Positions 18,240-29,238 are shown, numbered from the stretch's first letter. The stretch: DNA of 64,000 nt from Parcubacteria group bacterium Greene0416_39 (GCA_007375675.1 VMEU01000003.1:8692-72691), one strand, 5' to 3'. The notes: generated by a model from the letters alone, not told the origin. A program made the numbers and translations.

Positions 18240-19160
18240 TTATAAAAGAAATTGGCGAACTAAGATTTCTGCTTCTTGAGAACTTTTTATCCAGTGGATG
18301 CGGGGATCTTTTTTGAACCAGGTCATCTGGCGGCGGGCGAAATCTTTGATTGCTTTTTGAAGTTTTGATTTCATTTCTTCCAAGGAAAGTTTTTCCTGGA
18401 GATATTGCGCAATAAATCGATATTCAAGGCCTAATTCTTCCAAGCGTTTCCACGACAAACCTTGTTTGTGGAGGTTTGCGACTTCCTCGATCATGCCCTG
18501 CTTGAAGCGTTTTGTGAGGCGTTGAGTAATAAGTTTTTGGATTTCGGATTTTGACTTTTTGATTCCAATAAATAAGACATCACTAGCATACCATGGTGCT
18601 GTAGTGAGTATGGATTTTTGAAGTGGGGGAACAGGTTTTCCAGTGGAAAGGACAATCTCGAGGGCGCGGATAAGGCGTCTTTTATTCCTGCCTTGTCCTG
18701 AGCTTTGTTGAAGGGTTCTTGCCCTTTCAGGGTCGAGCTTTTTCAGCTTGAGAAAGAGTTCCTGGACTGATAGTTTTTCCAGTTTTTTGCGCAAGAGGGG
18801 ATTGGGTTTCACCGCAGGAATAGTCCAGCCGTCAACAACCGAGTAGATGTAAAAAGGGCTTCCGCCAACAAGAATGGGAAGTTTCCCTTGCCGTGCAATT
18901 GAAGCCATGGCTTCAATTGCACGTGAACGATACTGCGATACGGTAAATCTTTTCTTTGGAGAAGCAACATCCAAAAGATGATGGGGGATTCCCATCATTT
19001 CTTTTTGAGTGATTTTTCCTGTTCCAATAGTAAGCCCCTTGTATACCTGTCTTGAATCGGCAGATATAATTTCTCCATTGAATTTCTTTGCCAACTGTAC
19101 GCCAAGAGCGCTCTTCCCGGATGCAGTTGGACCCAAGAGAACAACAAGTTTTTTCATCAT
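18240..19160 (-). CDS. miaA: tRNA dimethylallyltransferase
   Basis: GPTASGKSALGVQLAKKFNGEIISADSRQVYKGLTIGTGK. Confidence 0.93.
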   Translation of the reverse strand: MMKKLVVLLGPTASGKSALGVQLAKKFNGEIISADSRQVYKGLTIGTGKITQKEMMGIPHHLLDVASPKKRFTVSQYRSRAIEAMASIARQGKLPILVGGSPFYIYSVVDGWTIPAVKPNPLLRKKLEKLSVQELFLKLKKLDPERARTLQQSSGQGRNKRRLIRALEIVLSTGKPVPPLQKSILTTAPWYASDVLFIGIKKSKSEIQKLITQRLTKRFKQGMIEEVANLHKQGLSWKRLEELGLEYRFIAQYLQEKLSLEEMKSKLQKAIKDFARRQMTWFKKDPRIHWIKSSQEAEILVRQFLL

Positions 19161-19193
19161 TCGTATATTCGTACGAAATTCGTAATTCGTAGA
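19160..19193. repeat. short TTCGTA-type palindromic spacer element
   Basis: ATTCGTATATTCGTACGAAATTCGTAATTCGTAG between the 517-aa gene and miaA. Confidence 0.5.
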
Positions 19194-19196
19194 TTT

Positions 19197-20750
19197 CTAA
19201 TGGATTTCTTCCTTTTTCTCCTTCCAGAAGTTTCTCAACTGCTCAATGAACTCCACAAACACCTGAAACGGAGCTTCAATAAGCACGTTGAGCATTACTA
19301 CGAGAACGTTGTAGCGAGCGAGCTTCCCTGAAAACCATTTTCCGGTTTGAACAATAGGAAGAGTAAAGAAATCAAAGAGTCCAGATAAGAATCCTTCTTT
19401 TTGTTCTAAAATCATGAGCTCTCTTGAACGCTGACGTATTTTTGTTCCCGCAAAGGCAACGAGAGAAAAGAAGAAAAGAAAAATGAGAATAGAGGGTAGG
19501 GTAAACTGGAGCTTGATAAGCCCCCAGGCAACAGCTCCAAATGAAACAAAGAATGTTGCCAGATACACGGTTTTTACAATAAAACTCACGAGGCCCTTCT
19601 TTTTTCTTTTGGGGAACGCAACTTCATGTCTATCTTTTCGTTCAGTTTCATAGGTAATCTTCATTATTTCTAAAAGAACTTTCTGAAGATTTTCTTCAGA
19701 AGAAGACGTCACGGTTAAAACCAAAAAGAGCAAAAACAGCGGGGGAATGGCAATGCTTAAAGCAGTTGCTTTTAGATTAAACTCATGGACTACATATTTG
19801 TCAAAAGGAACCTCCAGGGAAAGCGCAATCAAGACTTTTGAGAGGAATACCGAGACGGTACTGAAGAACGCGGCGCGGCCCATTCTTCCCTCAAGTTTTT
19901 TTAGGCGCGCATAGTATGCTTTCTTTAGGGTTTCCTCAAACTCTGCAGATACGAGAGCAAGACGAGAAAAGTCATTGGGATTTAAAGTCATGAGATCTCC
20001 AAGGAGCAAATAGGGAGTATCCAACCGTTCTATTACTTGATAAAACCTTTCTCCAACAGCATCGTGCAGGAGTTTTTCAATGCGTTTTCTTGCTTCAATG
20101 GGTTGCTCATGCCATTGAGGATAAAACTTTTCTAAAAGATGCAAAGAAATGGTTGCTTCGTCAAGCTTAAACAAAGCTCTTTGAACCGCGATTTCTATGT
20201 GAAGTTTTCGGTCTTCGTCTGAAAGTTCAGCTTCGTCTTTTTTTCTCAAGAATACCCGGGTCGCCATGTCTTGGCTCATGCACTCAATGAGGGCCCGTTC
20301 TCTTCTCGGATTGGAAAAAATTTCCTCAATTTTGCACGCTCCAATGGTAAGAATCCAGTCTTTTATGTCTTTTTGGTCTTTTGATTCAACGTGGTCGTGC
20401 AAAAAGACATATTTGTTCACAATAACCTGCACGGTCTCTACCATAGAAACAGGAACGCGCTTGTTGGGAAGATGGCCTCCCCGGATGAGTTCTTGTAAAA
20501 AGGCTTCGGCAAAATCTTTTTGGTCTCCTGCGAAGAGCACGCGACGCTTAAAGATTCTTTCAATCGCAGTTTTCCTTAAGAGATGCTCTTCTCTCCAATC
20601 AACAACCCCGCGAATCTTCTCGTAAAATGAAGCTACAGATGCCGCTACTTCATCAACGCTCAACACGGCTTCAGCTTCTTTTGGCTGGAGTTCTTGGTAC
20701 CACAACTGATATTGTTCAAGCAATTTTTTTGTTCCCTGTGACAATTCCAT
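19197..20750 (-). CDS. hypothetical multi-pass membrane protein (517 aa)
   Basis: Long ORF with a soluble N-terminal half and several C-terminal TM helices. No family recognised. Confidence 0.65.
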   Translation of the reverse strand: MELSQGTKKLLEQYQLWYQELQPKEAEAVLSVDEVAASVASFYEKIRGVVDWREEHLLRKTAIERIFKRRVLFAGDQKDFAEAFLQELIRGGHLPNKRVPVSMVETVQVIVNKYVFLHDHVESKDQKDIKDWILTIGACKIEEIFSNPRRERALIECMSQDMATRVFLRKKDEAELSDEDRKLHIEIAVQRALFKLDEATISLHLLEKFYPQWHEQPIEARKRIEKLLHDAVGERFYQVIERLDTPYLLLGDLMTLNPNDFSRLALVSAEFEETLKKAYYARLKKLEGRMGRAAFFSTVSVFLSKVLIALSLEVPFDKYVVHEFNLKATALSIAIPPLFLLFLVLTVTSSSEENLQKVLLEIMKITYETERKDRHEVAFPKRKKKGLVSFIVKTVYLATFFVSFGAVAWGLIKLQFTLPSILIFLFFFSLVAFAGTKIRQRSRELMILEQKEGFLSGLFDFFTLPIVQTGKWFSGKLARYNVLVVMLNVLIEAPFQVFVEFIEQLRNFWKEKKEEIH

Positions 20751-20754
20751 AAAA

Positions 20755-20833
20755 ATAATGCGAATTTACGAATAATATGCGAATGCCGCGAATATACTTA
20801 TTTGTACATTCGCAATCATTTGTTGATTTGCAT
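20755..20833. repeat. AT-rich palindromic intergenic cassette (copy D)
   Basis: ATAATGCGAATTTACGAATAATATGCGAATGCCGCGAATA...TTTGTACATTCGCAATCATTTGTTGATTTGCAT. It contains the thrS stop and last codons. Confidence 0.75.
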
Positions 20834-22576
20834 TTTAATTTCGTCTTCGACCTTCTTCAAGAATTCAGCAATGTTCATTTGCCCGAGATCTCCTTTTCCC
20901 CGAGCCCTGACACTCACGGTGTTGCTTTGGGTTTCGCGTTCTCCAACAATAAGCAAATAAGGAATTTTTTGCAGCTCTCCTTCCCGGATTTTCTTCCCCA
21001 ATGTTTCGTTTTCTTCCCTAACCACAACTCGCAGCGCAGTCCCCACTAATGCTTGAGCGATTTCACGGGCATAGGCGGCAAACTTATCTGATAAAGGAAG
21101 AATCCAAATTTGCTCTGGGGCCAGCCACAGAGGAAAGGCGCCGGCATAGTGTTCAATCAAAATTCCAAGAAAACGCTCGGTAGAACCCAATATGGCTCGA
21201 TGCAATACGATGGGTTGTTGTTTTTCTCCCTTCTCATCAGTATATTCCAGTTTAAATCTTCCGGGAAGATTCATATCCAGCTGTATGGTAGAGAGCTGCC
21301 ATTCACGGCCTAAGGCGTCTTTTAAAAGAAAATCAAGTTTTGGGCCGTAAAACGCAGCCTCGCCCTCGCCAATTTGATGCTTCCATCCGCGCTTTTCGAT
21401 AAGGCGTGAAAGCGCTTTCTCAGATTCATTCCAAATCTTTTCATCTCCAATGTATTTTTTCTTGATTTTTGGGTCTCGCGTTGAAACCCTCACCCAGAAA
21501 TCCTTAAAACCAAACTTTGCGTATGTTTCTTGAATCATGTCCAGCATAAGATTTATCTCTTGAGCGATCTGGTCTTGGCGTAAGAACACGTGGCAGTCGT
21601 CTTGTGTGAGCGCGCGAACCCTTGTGAGCCCAAACAACTCTCCAGATTTTTCATAGCGGTAATTTGTCGTAGTAGAAGTCCAGCGCACTGGCAAATCCCG
21701 ATACGAATGCCCAATCGTTTTATATAGCACCATAAAATGAGGGCAGTTCATTGGTTTTAGATAATAATTTGTCTCGCTCTCCAACTTCATAGGAGGATAC
21801 AAAGCGTCGAATTTGTCTAGATGGCCAGATGTTTTATACAGTTCTCCTTTTGTAATATGCGGGATCCAAATGGGTTTGTACCCTTTCCGTTCTTGGAGCT
21901 CAACAATATAATCTTCTACTATTCGGCGCAGTATGGCGCCTTTTGGGTAGAACATGGGAAGTCCCGGACCCACATCTTCTGCAATTGCAAACAATTCGAG
22001 CTCCTTTCCGAGTTTTCGGTGATCGCGCTTCTCTGCTTCTTTGAGTATTGCAATATGGCTCTCTAATTCCTTCCTAGTTGAAAACGCCAGACCGTACACC
22101 CTTGTGAGCATAGGGTTTTTTTCACTTCCTCTCCAATAGGCACCCGCAACTCTCGTGAGTTTGAAAGCGTCCAAGGGCAGCTCTCTAGTGTTCTTCACGT
22201 GGCCGCCTCGGCACAAATCCAAAAACACCTTGCCCATTGCAACCATTCCAACTTTTTTAGTGCCTTCTTTCTTAAGATCTTTGACGAGTTCTCTTTTGTA
22301 AGGTTGGGGGTCTTTCTTGGTAAAGTAAGCTGTTGCTTTTAAGGGCGTCCAAAGCTCTTTCTGAAACACGTTGTTTTCTTGCCCGATCTTTCGCATTTCT
22401 TCTTCAATCTTTGGCAGATCTTCGTCGGTAAGTCTTATATTCCCGAAGTCATAGTAAAACCCGTTTTCAATAACAGGTCCAATGCCAAGCTTTGCCTTTG
22501 GGTAAAGCTTTTTGACTGCAGCAGCCAAAAGATGCGCAAACGAATGCCGTATATGTTCAATATTCGTTGGTTGCAT
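20816..22576 (-). CDS. thrS: threonyl-tRNA synthetase (no N-terminal TGS domain)
   Basis: HSFAHLLAAAV editing-domain motif, class II core, C-terminal anticodon-binding domain. Confidence 0.95.
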   Translation of the reverse strand: MQPTNIEHIRHSFAHLLAAAVKKLYPKAKLGIGPVIENGFYYDFGNIRLTDEDLPKIEEEMRKIGQENNVFQKELWTPLKATAYFTKKDPQPYKRELVKDLKKEGTKKVGMVAMGKVFLDLCRGGHVKNTRELPLDAFKLTRVAGAYWRGSEKNPMLTRVYGLAFSTRKELESHIAILKEAEKRDHRKLGKELELFAIAEDVGPGLPMFYPKGAILRRIVEDYIVELQERKGYKPIWIPHITKGELYKTSGHLDKFDALYPPMKLESETNYYLKPMNCPHFMVLYKTIGHSYRDLPVRWTSTTTNYRYEKSGELFGLTRVRALTQDDCHVFLRQDQIAQEINLMLDMIQETYAKFGFKDFWVRVSTRDPKIKKKYIGDEKIWNESEKALSRLIEKRGWKHQIGEGEAAFYGPKLDFLLKDALGREWQLSTIQLDMNLPGRFKLEYTDEKGEKQQPIVLHRAILGSTERFLGILIEHYAGAFPLWLAPEQIWILPLSDKFAAYAREIAQALVGTALRVVVREENETLGKKIREGELQKIPYLLIVGERETQSNTVSVRARGKGDLGQMNIAEFLKKVEDEIKMQINK

Positions 22577-22584
22577 ACGTTTTC

Positions 22585-23229
22585 TTATCCTAGCACAATT
22601 TGAGGAAAGTGGAAACGGAGAAACTGTTCAATGGGAATTCGTACGGCAGGGTCGTCCCAGACATAGTCGTGCCCTTTCATGTGCCAAACGTCTAAAATGG
22701 AGCGGCCTTGGAACGTTCCTATGTTTGCTGCAACCACAAGGCAGGCCTTGAGCAGAACAATTAGGAATGCAAAAAAGGGGCCTGACGTAAAGGCATCATC
22801 TTTTCTTTGGAGCTGAAGAATGCGTTCCTGCGCAGGAGAATGAATAAAAAAAGGAGGTCCTATTTGAATAGAATACAGGCGCGACTCGTAAGGGAGCCTC
22901 TTCATTGTGGAAATATTGACAATTGCTCCAAGAGAGTAGCCAACAAGAACAATGCAACGCCCAGGAAACGCTTTAAGAGTTGTTTGTAGTTCTTGCGCAA
23001 GGTTTTGAGAAGCTTGCTTGTAGCCAAGAAGAAGATCCCAAGCGGCTTTGGCGTGCTTTCCAAACGTAAGAAAGCGCAGTCTGTCAAAAACTTGCACTCG
23101 GCACTTCCAACCTTGGGAAACGAGAACCCGGGAGATTCCTTCAAGAACGCCTCTTTCTTCGTGCGCTCGTTCTAACCCCCCGTCTCCCCATCCTCCCCGG
23201 TTTAAAATAATGAGAACTTCCTTTGCCAT
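22585..23229 (-). CDS. hypothetical protein, possible alpha/beta hydrolase
   Basis: Nucleophile-elbow-like VLVGYSLGA. Otherwise unrecognised. Confidence 0.45.
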   Translation of the reverse strand: MAKEVLIILNRGGWGDGGLERAHEERGVLEGISRVLVSQGWKCRVQVFDRLRFLTFGKHAKAAWDLLLGYKQASQNLAQELQTTLKAFPGRCIVLVGYSLGAIVNISTMKRLPYESRLYSIQIGPPFFIHSPAQERILQLQRKDDAFTSGPFFAFLIVLLKACLVVAANIGTFQGRSILDVWHMKGHDYVWDDPAVRIPIEQFLRFHFPQIVLG

Positions 23230-23235
23230 AGAAAT

Positions 23236-23316
23236 ATAATGCGAATTTACAAATAATATGCGAATGCCGCGAATACTCGTATTTGTACATTCGCAGTCAT
23301 TTGTGGATTTGCATTA
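23236..23316. repeat. AT-rich palindromic intergenic cassette (copy E)
   Basis: Near-identical to copy D and the reverse complement of copy F. The dnaE stop TAA lies in its TAATGCA end. On the minus strand, CATTAT lies 6 nt before the ATG at 23229. Confidence 0.75.
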
Positions 23317-26300
23317 CTCTACGATTTCTTCAACTGCGTCTGCAATAAACTTACGTTCGCCGTTTCTGGTATCTACCCTTCCTTCCACAAACACAATCTT
23401 GTTTTCTTGGAACGCCCCGGGATTCTTTTCCATAACCGTGGGAAACGCAACCACCTCAATATTGTCGGTTAAATCCTCAAGGCGAATAAACAGCATAGGT
23501 TTTCCAACTCTCGTGAGGATCTTTTTCATAGAAGAAATAATGCCTCCAATTCTCATCCGTTTTTGCAGTCCAGGAGATTCGGGAGATGCGTTCAACACCT
23601 TCGTGATGGAAATGGTTTTTTGCTCAAGAAAGTTTTTCATGTGCGCCAAAGGATGAGAACTCACGTAGAGGCCCAAGAGTTCTTTTTCCCAAAGAAGAAG
23701 CTCTTTTTCTTTTGCAGGCGGCGCAGGTTCAAGTTTTATTCCGTTGTTTAAACCTTCTTGAGAACCAAAAAGGGATTTTTGCGAACCGGCGTTGATTTTG
23801 TTGTTTTCCCTCGCAATTTCTAAAAGCTTTTCCATATTTTTCAAAAACTGATTCCTCTCTCCAAATCGGTCGAACACGCCTGCCTTAACCAAACTTTCAA
23901 ATGATTTTTTGTTCAAGTCTTTTGAATGAACGCGTGATACAACGTCTGAAATGGAAGTGTATGGCCCTTGCTCTTTGCGTTCCTTAATAAGAACCTCTAC
24001 GATTCCTTCTCCCACATTTTTTATTGCAAGCAATCCAAAGCGTATCTTTGAGTCCTTGAGCACTACAGAAAAGTAGCTGAAACTTTCGTTAATGTCCGGG
24101 GGCAAGACCTCAATGCCCATTTTTCTTGTTTCATCAATGAGAAAGGCAATGCGTTCAATATCATTTCTCTCTGAAGTCAGCAGAGCTGACATAAACTCGA
24201 GCGGGTAGTACGTTTTGAGCCACGCAGTCTGGTAGGTGATCATGGCGTATGAGGCGCTATGGCTTTTATTAAACCCATAGTGCGCAAATGGAAGAATCCA
24301 TTCCCAGAGTTTTTCTGCAATGTTCTTGGCAATCTGATTTTTTACGGCTCCTTGGATGAACTTTTCTTTTTGCTCCAAAAGCAGTTTTTCAATTTTCTTT
24401 CCCACGGCCTTTCTTAAGACGTCTGCTTCACCCATGGTAAACCCGGCAATATCTCTTGCTATTTGCATGAGTTCTTCTTGGTAAATGCAGATCCCCTGGG
24501 TTTTTTCTAAGATCGGCTTGAGTTTTGGGTGGAGATATTCAACTTTTTTCTTTCCGTGTTTACGCGCAATGTACTCAGGAATAAGCTCCATGGGGCCTGG
24601 ACGATACAAGGCAATCATTGCCACAATGTCTTCAAACTCGGTAGGTTTTAACTCTTTTAAATAGCGGCGCATACCCTCTGATTCAACCTGGAATACGCCT
24701 ACCGTATTTGCGACGCGAAACAGCTCGTAGACCTTGTCGTCATCAAACGGGATAGAATCTAAATTTATATTCTTTCCGTGAATTGCGTAGATTCTTTTTA
24801 GGGTGTCTTCAATAATGGTAAGGTTTTTTAAACCCAAAAAATCCATTTTCAAAAGGCCCAGGTCCTCAATAGAGTGCATCTCATACTGCGTTACAATGTG
24901 TTCTTCTCCCTGGGTTGGATGCTGTACGGGAACAAGGTTTTCAAGGGGCTCGGGAGCTATCACCACTCCACATGCATGGGTTGAGGCATGGCGCACAACT
25001 CCTTCAAGTTTTTTGGCGAGATCAATAAGGCGTTTGGCGCGTTCGTCAGAGTTATACAATTCTTTGAACTCTTCAACTACTGTAAGGCTTTCTTCAAGAG
25101 TCATGCCAAAAGGAATCATTTTTGCAAGCCGGTCGCAATAGAGGTACTCGTATGCTAAGGCTCGCCCTACGTCACGCACCACGGCACGCGAGGCCATGGT
25201 TCCAAACGTGATTATTTGAGCTACTTTGTCATGCCCGTATTTTTCTCCCACGTATGTGATCACCTCGTCTCTCCGGTAATCAGCAAAGTCAAGATCAATA
25301 TCTGGAAGCGAAATGCGTTCAGGATTCAAGAATCTTTCAAACAAAAGATTGTACTTCAAAGGATTAATGTTTGTAATTCCCAATAGGTACGCGGCGAGCG
25401 AACCTCCTACAGAACCACGCCCTGGCCCCACAACAATACGGTGTTCTTTTGCCCAGTTCACAAAGTCTTGCACAATGAGAAAGTAAGCGGCAAAGCCTGT
25501 TTTTTGAATCACGTCAAGCTCATATTCCAGCCGTTCCTTTGCTTCTTTAGAATCTTTAAGCTCCAAGCGCTTTTCAAGGCCCAGGAGGCAAAGTTCTCTC
25601 AAATACTCTTCAGCGGTTTTCCCTGGAGGCAGGGGATACACAGGTAATTTATTCACGCCCAAGGCAATGGTGAAATTGCACATCTCACTAATTTTTTGAG
25701 TGTTCTCAAGAGCTTCTGGAACATCCTGGAAAAGTTTCTCCATATCCGCGGGGCTTTTTAAAGAAAAATCGTCTGATTTGAGGGTAATCCTTTCGGGGTC
25801 ATCTGGCCTTGCTCCTGTGTTGATGAGCATTAAAATGTCTTGGGCGTCTGCGTCTTCAGGCCGCAGGTAGTGGGAATCTGCTGTGGCAACAAGCGGGATG
25901 CCGGTTTTTTTTGCCAGAGCAATGAGTCCTTCATTCACAACTTTTTGCTCCCTAATATTCGGGTGATCCTGCAGTTCAAGATAAAAATTATCTTTCCCAA
26001 AGATTTCTTGGTAACGCAGCGCGGCATTTTCTGCCTCTTGCAACTTTTTCGCAAGAATCAATCTTGGAATTTTGCCTGTAAGGCATGAAGAAAGCGCAAT
26101 AAGGCCTGATGAATATTCTTGAAGCCACGTCTCGTCAATGCGAGGTTTGTAGTAAAATCCTTCAAGGTATGCCTTGGTGAGGAGTTTTACTAAGTTGCGA
26201 TACCCCTGCTCGTTCTTTACCAAAAGAATGAGGTGATGAGATGTGTCATCAATACCAGGGCGTTTTTGGGAAGCCGCATCTAAAGCAATATACATTTCAC

Positions 26301-26499
26301 CTCCCAGAATGGGCTTGATGCCCCGTTCTTTTGCTGCCTTGTAAAACTCAATTGCGCCGTACATGTTGCCGTGGTCTGTTAAAGCAACAGAATCCATTCC
26401 GAGTTCTTTCACCCTATCCAAAAGCAGGTCTATTTTGGGAAGACCGTCGAGCAAAGAGTAGTGAGAGTGAACGTGGAGATGAGTAAACTTTTGAGACAT
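23314..26499 (-). CDS. dnaE: DNA polymerase III alpha subunit
   Basis: PHP domain FTHLHVHSHYSLLDG, palm/fingers, OB fold. Start at MSQKF (26499). Confidence 0.95.
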   Translation of the reverse strand: MSQKFTHLHVHSHYSLLDGLPKIDLLLDRVKELGMDSVALTDHGNMYGAIEFYKAAKERGIKPILGGEMYIALDAASQKRPGIDDTSHHLILLVKNEQGYRNLVKLLTKAYLEGFYYKPRIDETWLQEYSSGLIALSSCLTGKIPRLILAKKLQEAENAALRYQEIFGKDNFYLELQDHPNIREQKVVNEGLIALAKKTGIPLVATADSHYLRPEDADAQDILMLINTGARPDDPERITLKSDDFSLKSPADMEKLFQDVPEALENTQKISEMCNFTIALGVNKLPVYPLPPGKTAEEYLRELCLLGLEKRLELKDSKEAKERLEYELDVIQKTGFAAYFLIVQDFVNWAKEHRIVVGPGRGSVGGSLAAYLLGITNINPLKYNLLFERFLNPERISLPDIDLDFADYRRDEVITYVGEKYGHDKVAQIITFGTMASRAVVRDVGRALAYEYLYCDRLAKMIPFGMTLEESLTVVEEFKELYNSDERAKRLIDLAKKLEGVVRHASTHACGVVIAPEPLENLVPVQHPTQGEEHIVTQYEMHSIEDLGLLKMDFLGLKNLTIIEDTLKRIYAIHGKNINLDSIPFDDDKVYELFRVANTVGVFQVESEGMRRYLKELKPTEFEDIVAMIALYRPGPMELIPEYIARKHGKKKVEYLHPKLKPILEKTQGICIYQEELMQIARDIAGFTMGEADVLRKAVGKKIEKLLLEQKEKFIQGAVKNQIAKNIAEKLWEWILPFAHYGFNKSHSASYAMITYQTAWLKTYYPLEFMSALLTSERNDIERIAFLIDETRKMGIEVLPPDINESFSYFSVVLKDSKIRFGLLAIKNVGEGIVEVLIKERKEQGPYTSISDVVSRVHSKDLNKKSFESLVKAGVFDRFGERNQFLKNMEKLLEIARENNKINAGSQKSLFGSQEGLNNGIKLEPAPPAKEKELLLWEKELLGLYVSSHPLAHMKNFLEQKTISITKVLNASPESPGLQKRMRIGGIISSMKKILTRVGKPMLFIRLEDLTDNIEVVAFPTVMEKNPGAFQENKIVFVEGRVDTRNGERKFIADAVEEIVE

Positions 26500-26684
26500 T
26501 AGAATATTATAGAAGATTTTTACATACAAGAGAATACCTCAAGGAGCTGTGCACATCGGATGCGCACAAGATCACAACTATTAACCGAAAGAAATCTATG
26601 TTATCATATCTTTACTCCTCAATATCGCGAGAAACTTGCGTGCAGAGCTATATGCTCGAAGGTGAAGGAGAAAGGAAGGAAAAG

Positions 26685-27008
26685 ATGGGGTCCTATAATC
26701 TTCACATAGAAGGATCTCCGAATAAAAGGCTGGTAATACTGACGCCAGCGGGCGAAAATGAGCAGTGGTATTCCTCTGCCAGACACGAGAAGGTCCTGAG
26801 GCTTAGGCGGATCGCAACCCAGACTGATGCTGAAGCCAAGGTCACGGCGATACATGTAGGAGAGCATCCGAGGGTAGAGATACTCTTCTCAAGAGAGGAG
26901 GCGATAGGAGACTTCTTCGTGACCCTTGTGCGCTCGGAGGACTCGGAGGAAGTCCAGGAAGATGCCCCAATCCAGGATTCTGTTTTGGTTAGACTTCCAG
27001 TCCACTAG
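26685..27008 (+). CDS. hypothetical protein (GC-rich ORFan, 107 aa)
   Basis: ATG at 26685 follows GAAGGAGAAAGGAAGG. No family recognised. Confidence 0.5.
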   Translation: MGSYNLHIEGSPNKRLVILTPAGENEQWYSSARHEKVLRLRRIATQTDAEAKVTAIHVGEHPRVEILFSREEAIGDFFVTLVRSEDSEEVQEDAPIQDSVLVRLPVH

Positions 27009-27053
27009 CATCCTCCTGCTGAAGCGTAAAATCACGCTGAAGAGGACGTTCCA

Positions 27054-27105
27054 AAAACCCTGGTTTTCACTACGAAAGCGGTGAGCCAGGGTTTTAAATT
27101 TTTCT
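27054..27105 (+). terminator. rho-independent terminator
   Basis: AAAACCCTGG (27054-27063) / CCAGGGTTTT (27086-27095), then a T-run. Confidence 0.6.
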
Positions 27106-27123
27106 TTTTGGTATAATATGTAA

Positions 27124-27744
27124 ATGAAATATCCAACCCTGAACGAAGAAAAGAAACTTTGGAAAAGGGGATATAAGGTTGTTGCGTGCATTGACGAGGT
27201 AGGCAGGGGGCCGTTGGCAGGACCAGTGGTCGCGTGCGCAGTATGTGTAGACCCCCAAATACTAAATACTAAATACAAGATACAAAAACTTCGTGATTCC
27301 AAACAACTCTCTGCAAAACAGCGAGAATATTGGTATAACATCTTCTCTTTCCATCCAACTGTCCAGTGGGGGATTGGGAGCGTGTCTCCTCAAGTGATTG
27401 ATCAGATCAATATCTACCAAGCAACAAAGCTTGCAATGAAAAGAGCACTTATGAATTTGCACCACAAAATTGATTTTGTAATGCTCGACGGGAATATGAG
27501 TATTGACGTGCCCATACCTCAAGAATCTATTATAAAAGGAGATGAAAAAGTATTTTCCTGCGCCATTGCTTCTATTATTGCGAAGGTGAGAAGAGACAGG
27601 ATGATGGTAAAGTATCACAGAAAATACCCGCACTTTCGCTTTGACAAACACAAGGGTTATGGAACCCGACTTCATTTCCAAGAACTCCAAGAACACGGCC
27701 CATGCAAAATCCATAGGAAAAGCTTCGCGCCTTGCAATCTGTAA
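27124..27744 (+). CDS. rnhB: ribonuclease HII
   Basis: CIDEVGRGPLAGPVVACAV. TATAAT at 27112-27117 lies 6 nt before the ATG. Confidence 0.92.
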   Translation: MKYPTLNEEKKLWKRGYKVVACIDEVGRGPLAGPVVACAVCVDPQILNTKYKIQKLRDSKQLSAKQREYWYNIFSFHPTVQWGIGSVSPQVIDQINIYQATKLAMKRALMNLHHKIDFVMLDGNMSIDVPIPQESIIKGDEKVFSCAIASIIAKVRRDRMMVKYHRKYPHFRFDKHKGYGTRLHFQELQEHGPCKIHRKSFAPCNL

Positions 27745-27768
27745 TATTCCTTGCTATACTTTTGAATC

Positions 27769-27990
27769 ATGGCAGTTCCAAAGCAACATCGATCAAGCTC
27801 TAGGCGAGACCAGAGGAGAATGCACCTCTTTTTAAAGAGCCCCGGGTTGGTTTTGTGCAAAAAGTGTACAAAAAAGATTCTTCCTCATACCGTATGCCCT
27901 TATTGCGGCATGTACCGGGGACGACAGGTTGTAGATGTGCTTGGCCAGCTTGCCAAGAAAGAGAAGAAAGCAAAAGAAAAAGTAAAATAA
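27769..27990 (+). CDS. rpmF: 50S ribosomal protein L32
   Basis: MAVPKQHRSSSRRDQRRMH plus C-x2-C...C-x2-C. Confidence 0.9.
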   Translation: MAVPKQHRSSSRRDQRRMHLFLKSPGLVLCKKCTKKILPHTVCPYCGMYRGRQVVDVLGQLAKKEKKAKEKVK

Positions 27991-28070
27991 TAATGCAAAT
28001 CTGCAAATGACGGCGAATGTACAAATACGAGTATTCGCGGCATTCGCATATTATTCGTAGATTCGCATTA
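27991..28070. repeat. AT-rich palindromic intergenic cassette (copy F)
   Basis: TAATGCAAATCTGCAAATGACGGCGAATGTACAAATACGAGTATTCGCGGCATTCGCATATTATTCGTAGATTCGCATTA. TTCGCA-17-CATTAT lies 6 nt before the nusB ATG. Confidence 0.75.
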
Positions 28071-28077
28071 TACATAT

Positions 28078-28518
28078 ATGGCTTCACGACACCTCGCACG
28101 ATCTATTTGTATGCAATCCTTGTACGAATGGGATTTTTTTGGGAAAAAGCAAGGCGGATTAGACTCTATTATAGAAAGAAACATCAAAGAGTTTGGCCCA
28201 GGGCTGGACGAATCAAATCAGCAGTTTGTGCGCAATCTTGCAGAAGGCGTGTTAGAACACCTCCCCCAGCTTAATGCCATTATTGAAAAAGCTGCTCCCG
28301 AATGGCCTCTTAACCAAATTACCATTGTAGACAGAAACGTTCTCCGCCTGGGGCTATACGAGCTTCTCTTTGGAGATAAAGAGGCGGTTCCTCCTAAGGT
28401 TGCCATCAACGAGGCCATTGAACTCGGCAAAAACTTTAGCGGTGAGAGTTCGGGCAAGTTTGTGAACGGAGTGTTGGGCACGGTATTCCGGGAAACGCAA
28501 GAACAAACAAATCTATGA
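28078..28518 (+). CDS. nusB: transcription antitermination factor NusB
   Basis: [18 protein letters not shown]...NGVLG. Confidence 0.9.
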   Translation: MASRHLARSICMQSLYEWDFFGKKQGGLDSIIERNIKEFGPGLDESNQQFVRNLAEGVLEHLPQLNAIIEKAAPEWPLNQITIVDRNVLRLGLYELLFGDKEAVPPKVAINEAIELGKNFSGESSGKFVNGVLGTVFRETQEQTNL

Positions 28519-29210
28519 AGGATCTTTCATTATTAGAAAAAAAACTAAAGGTAGAGTTTTCAGATAAGTCGCTTTTGAGAAATGCGTTCACACACCGATC
28601 GTACCTAAACGAAAACAAAGATTTTGATGGGAAGCACAACGAACGCCTGGAATTCCTTGGAGACGCAGTGCTGGAGCTTGTGGTGACAGAGTACCTGTAT
28701 AAGAACTACCCCGATAAACCAGAGGGTGAGTTAACCACCTGGCGGGCAGCGCTTGTTAATGCAAAAATATTGTCTGCAACCGCAAAAGAGCTTGAATTCA
28801 ACGACTATCTGTTGCTCTCAAAGGGCGAGGAAAAAGAAACTGGCAAGGCAAGAGACTATATTTTGGCAAACTCGTTTGAATCCTTTCTGGGCGCCCTGTA
28901 TCTTGACCAAGGCTTTAAAGTATGCGAAAAGTTTATAGCGAGGCACCTTTCCCCCAAGCTCCCCCATATTCTTGAAACAAAGGGGTTTGAAGACGCAAAG
29001 TCCCGCTTCCAGGAAATGGCCCAGGAAAAGGAAAGCACTACCCCAAACTACAAAACCTTGGAAGAGTGGGGGCCAGACCATGCAAAGCATTTTAAGATAG
29101 GCGCGTTTCTCAATACAGAATTAGTGGCAGAAGGGGAGGGATCTTCAAAACAGGAAGCAGAGGAAGACGCGGCAAGTAATGCCTTGAGAGTAAAGAAGTG
29201 GGCATTTTAG
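28515..29210 (+). CDS. rnc: ribonuclease III
   Basis: [21 protein letters not shown] signature and a C-terminal dsRBD. Confidence 0.93.
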   Translation: MKDLSLLEKKLKVEFSDKSLLRNAFTHRSYLNENKDFDGKHNERLEFLGDAVLELVVTEYLYKNYPDKPEGELTTWRAALVNAKILSATAKELEFNDYLLLSKGEEKETGKARDYILANSFESFLGALYLDQGFKVCEKFIARHLSPKLPHILETKGFEDAKSRFQEMAQEKESTTPNYKTLEEWGPDHAKHFKIGAFLNTELVAEGEGSSKQEAEEDAASNALRVKKWAF

Positions 29211-29238
29211 CGAACCCTTACAATATAATTATACGAAT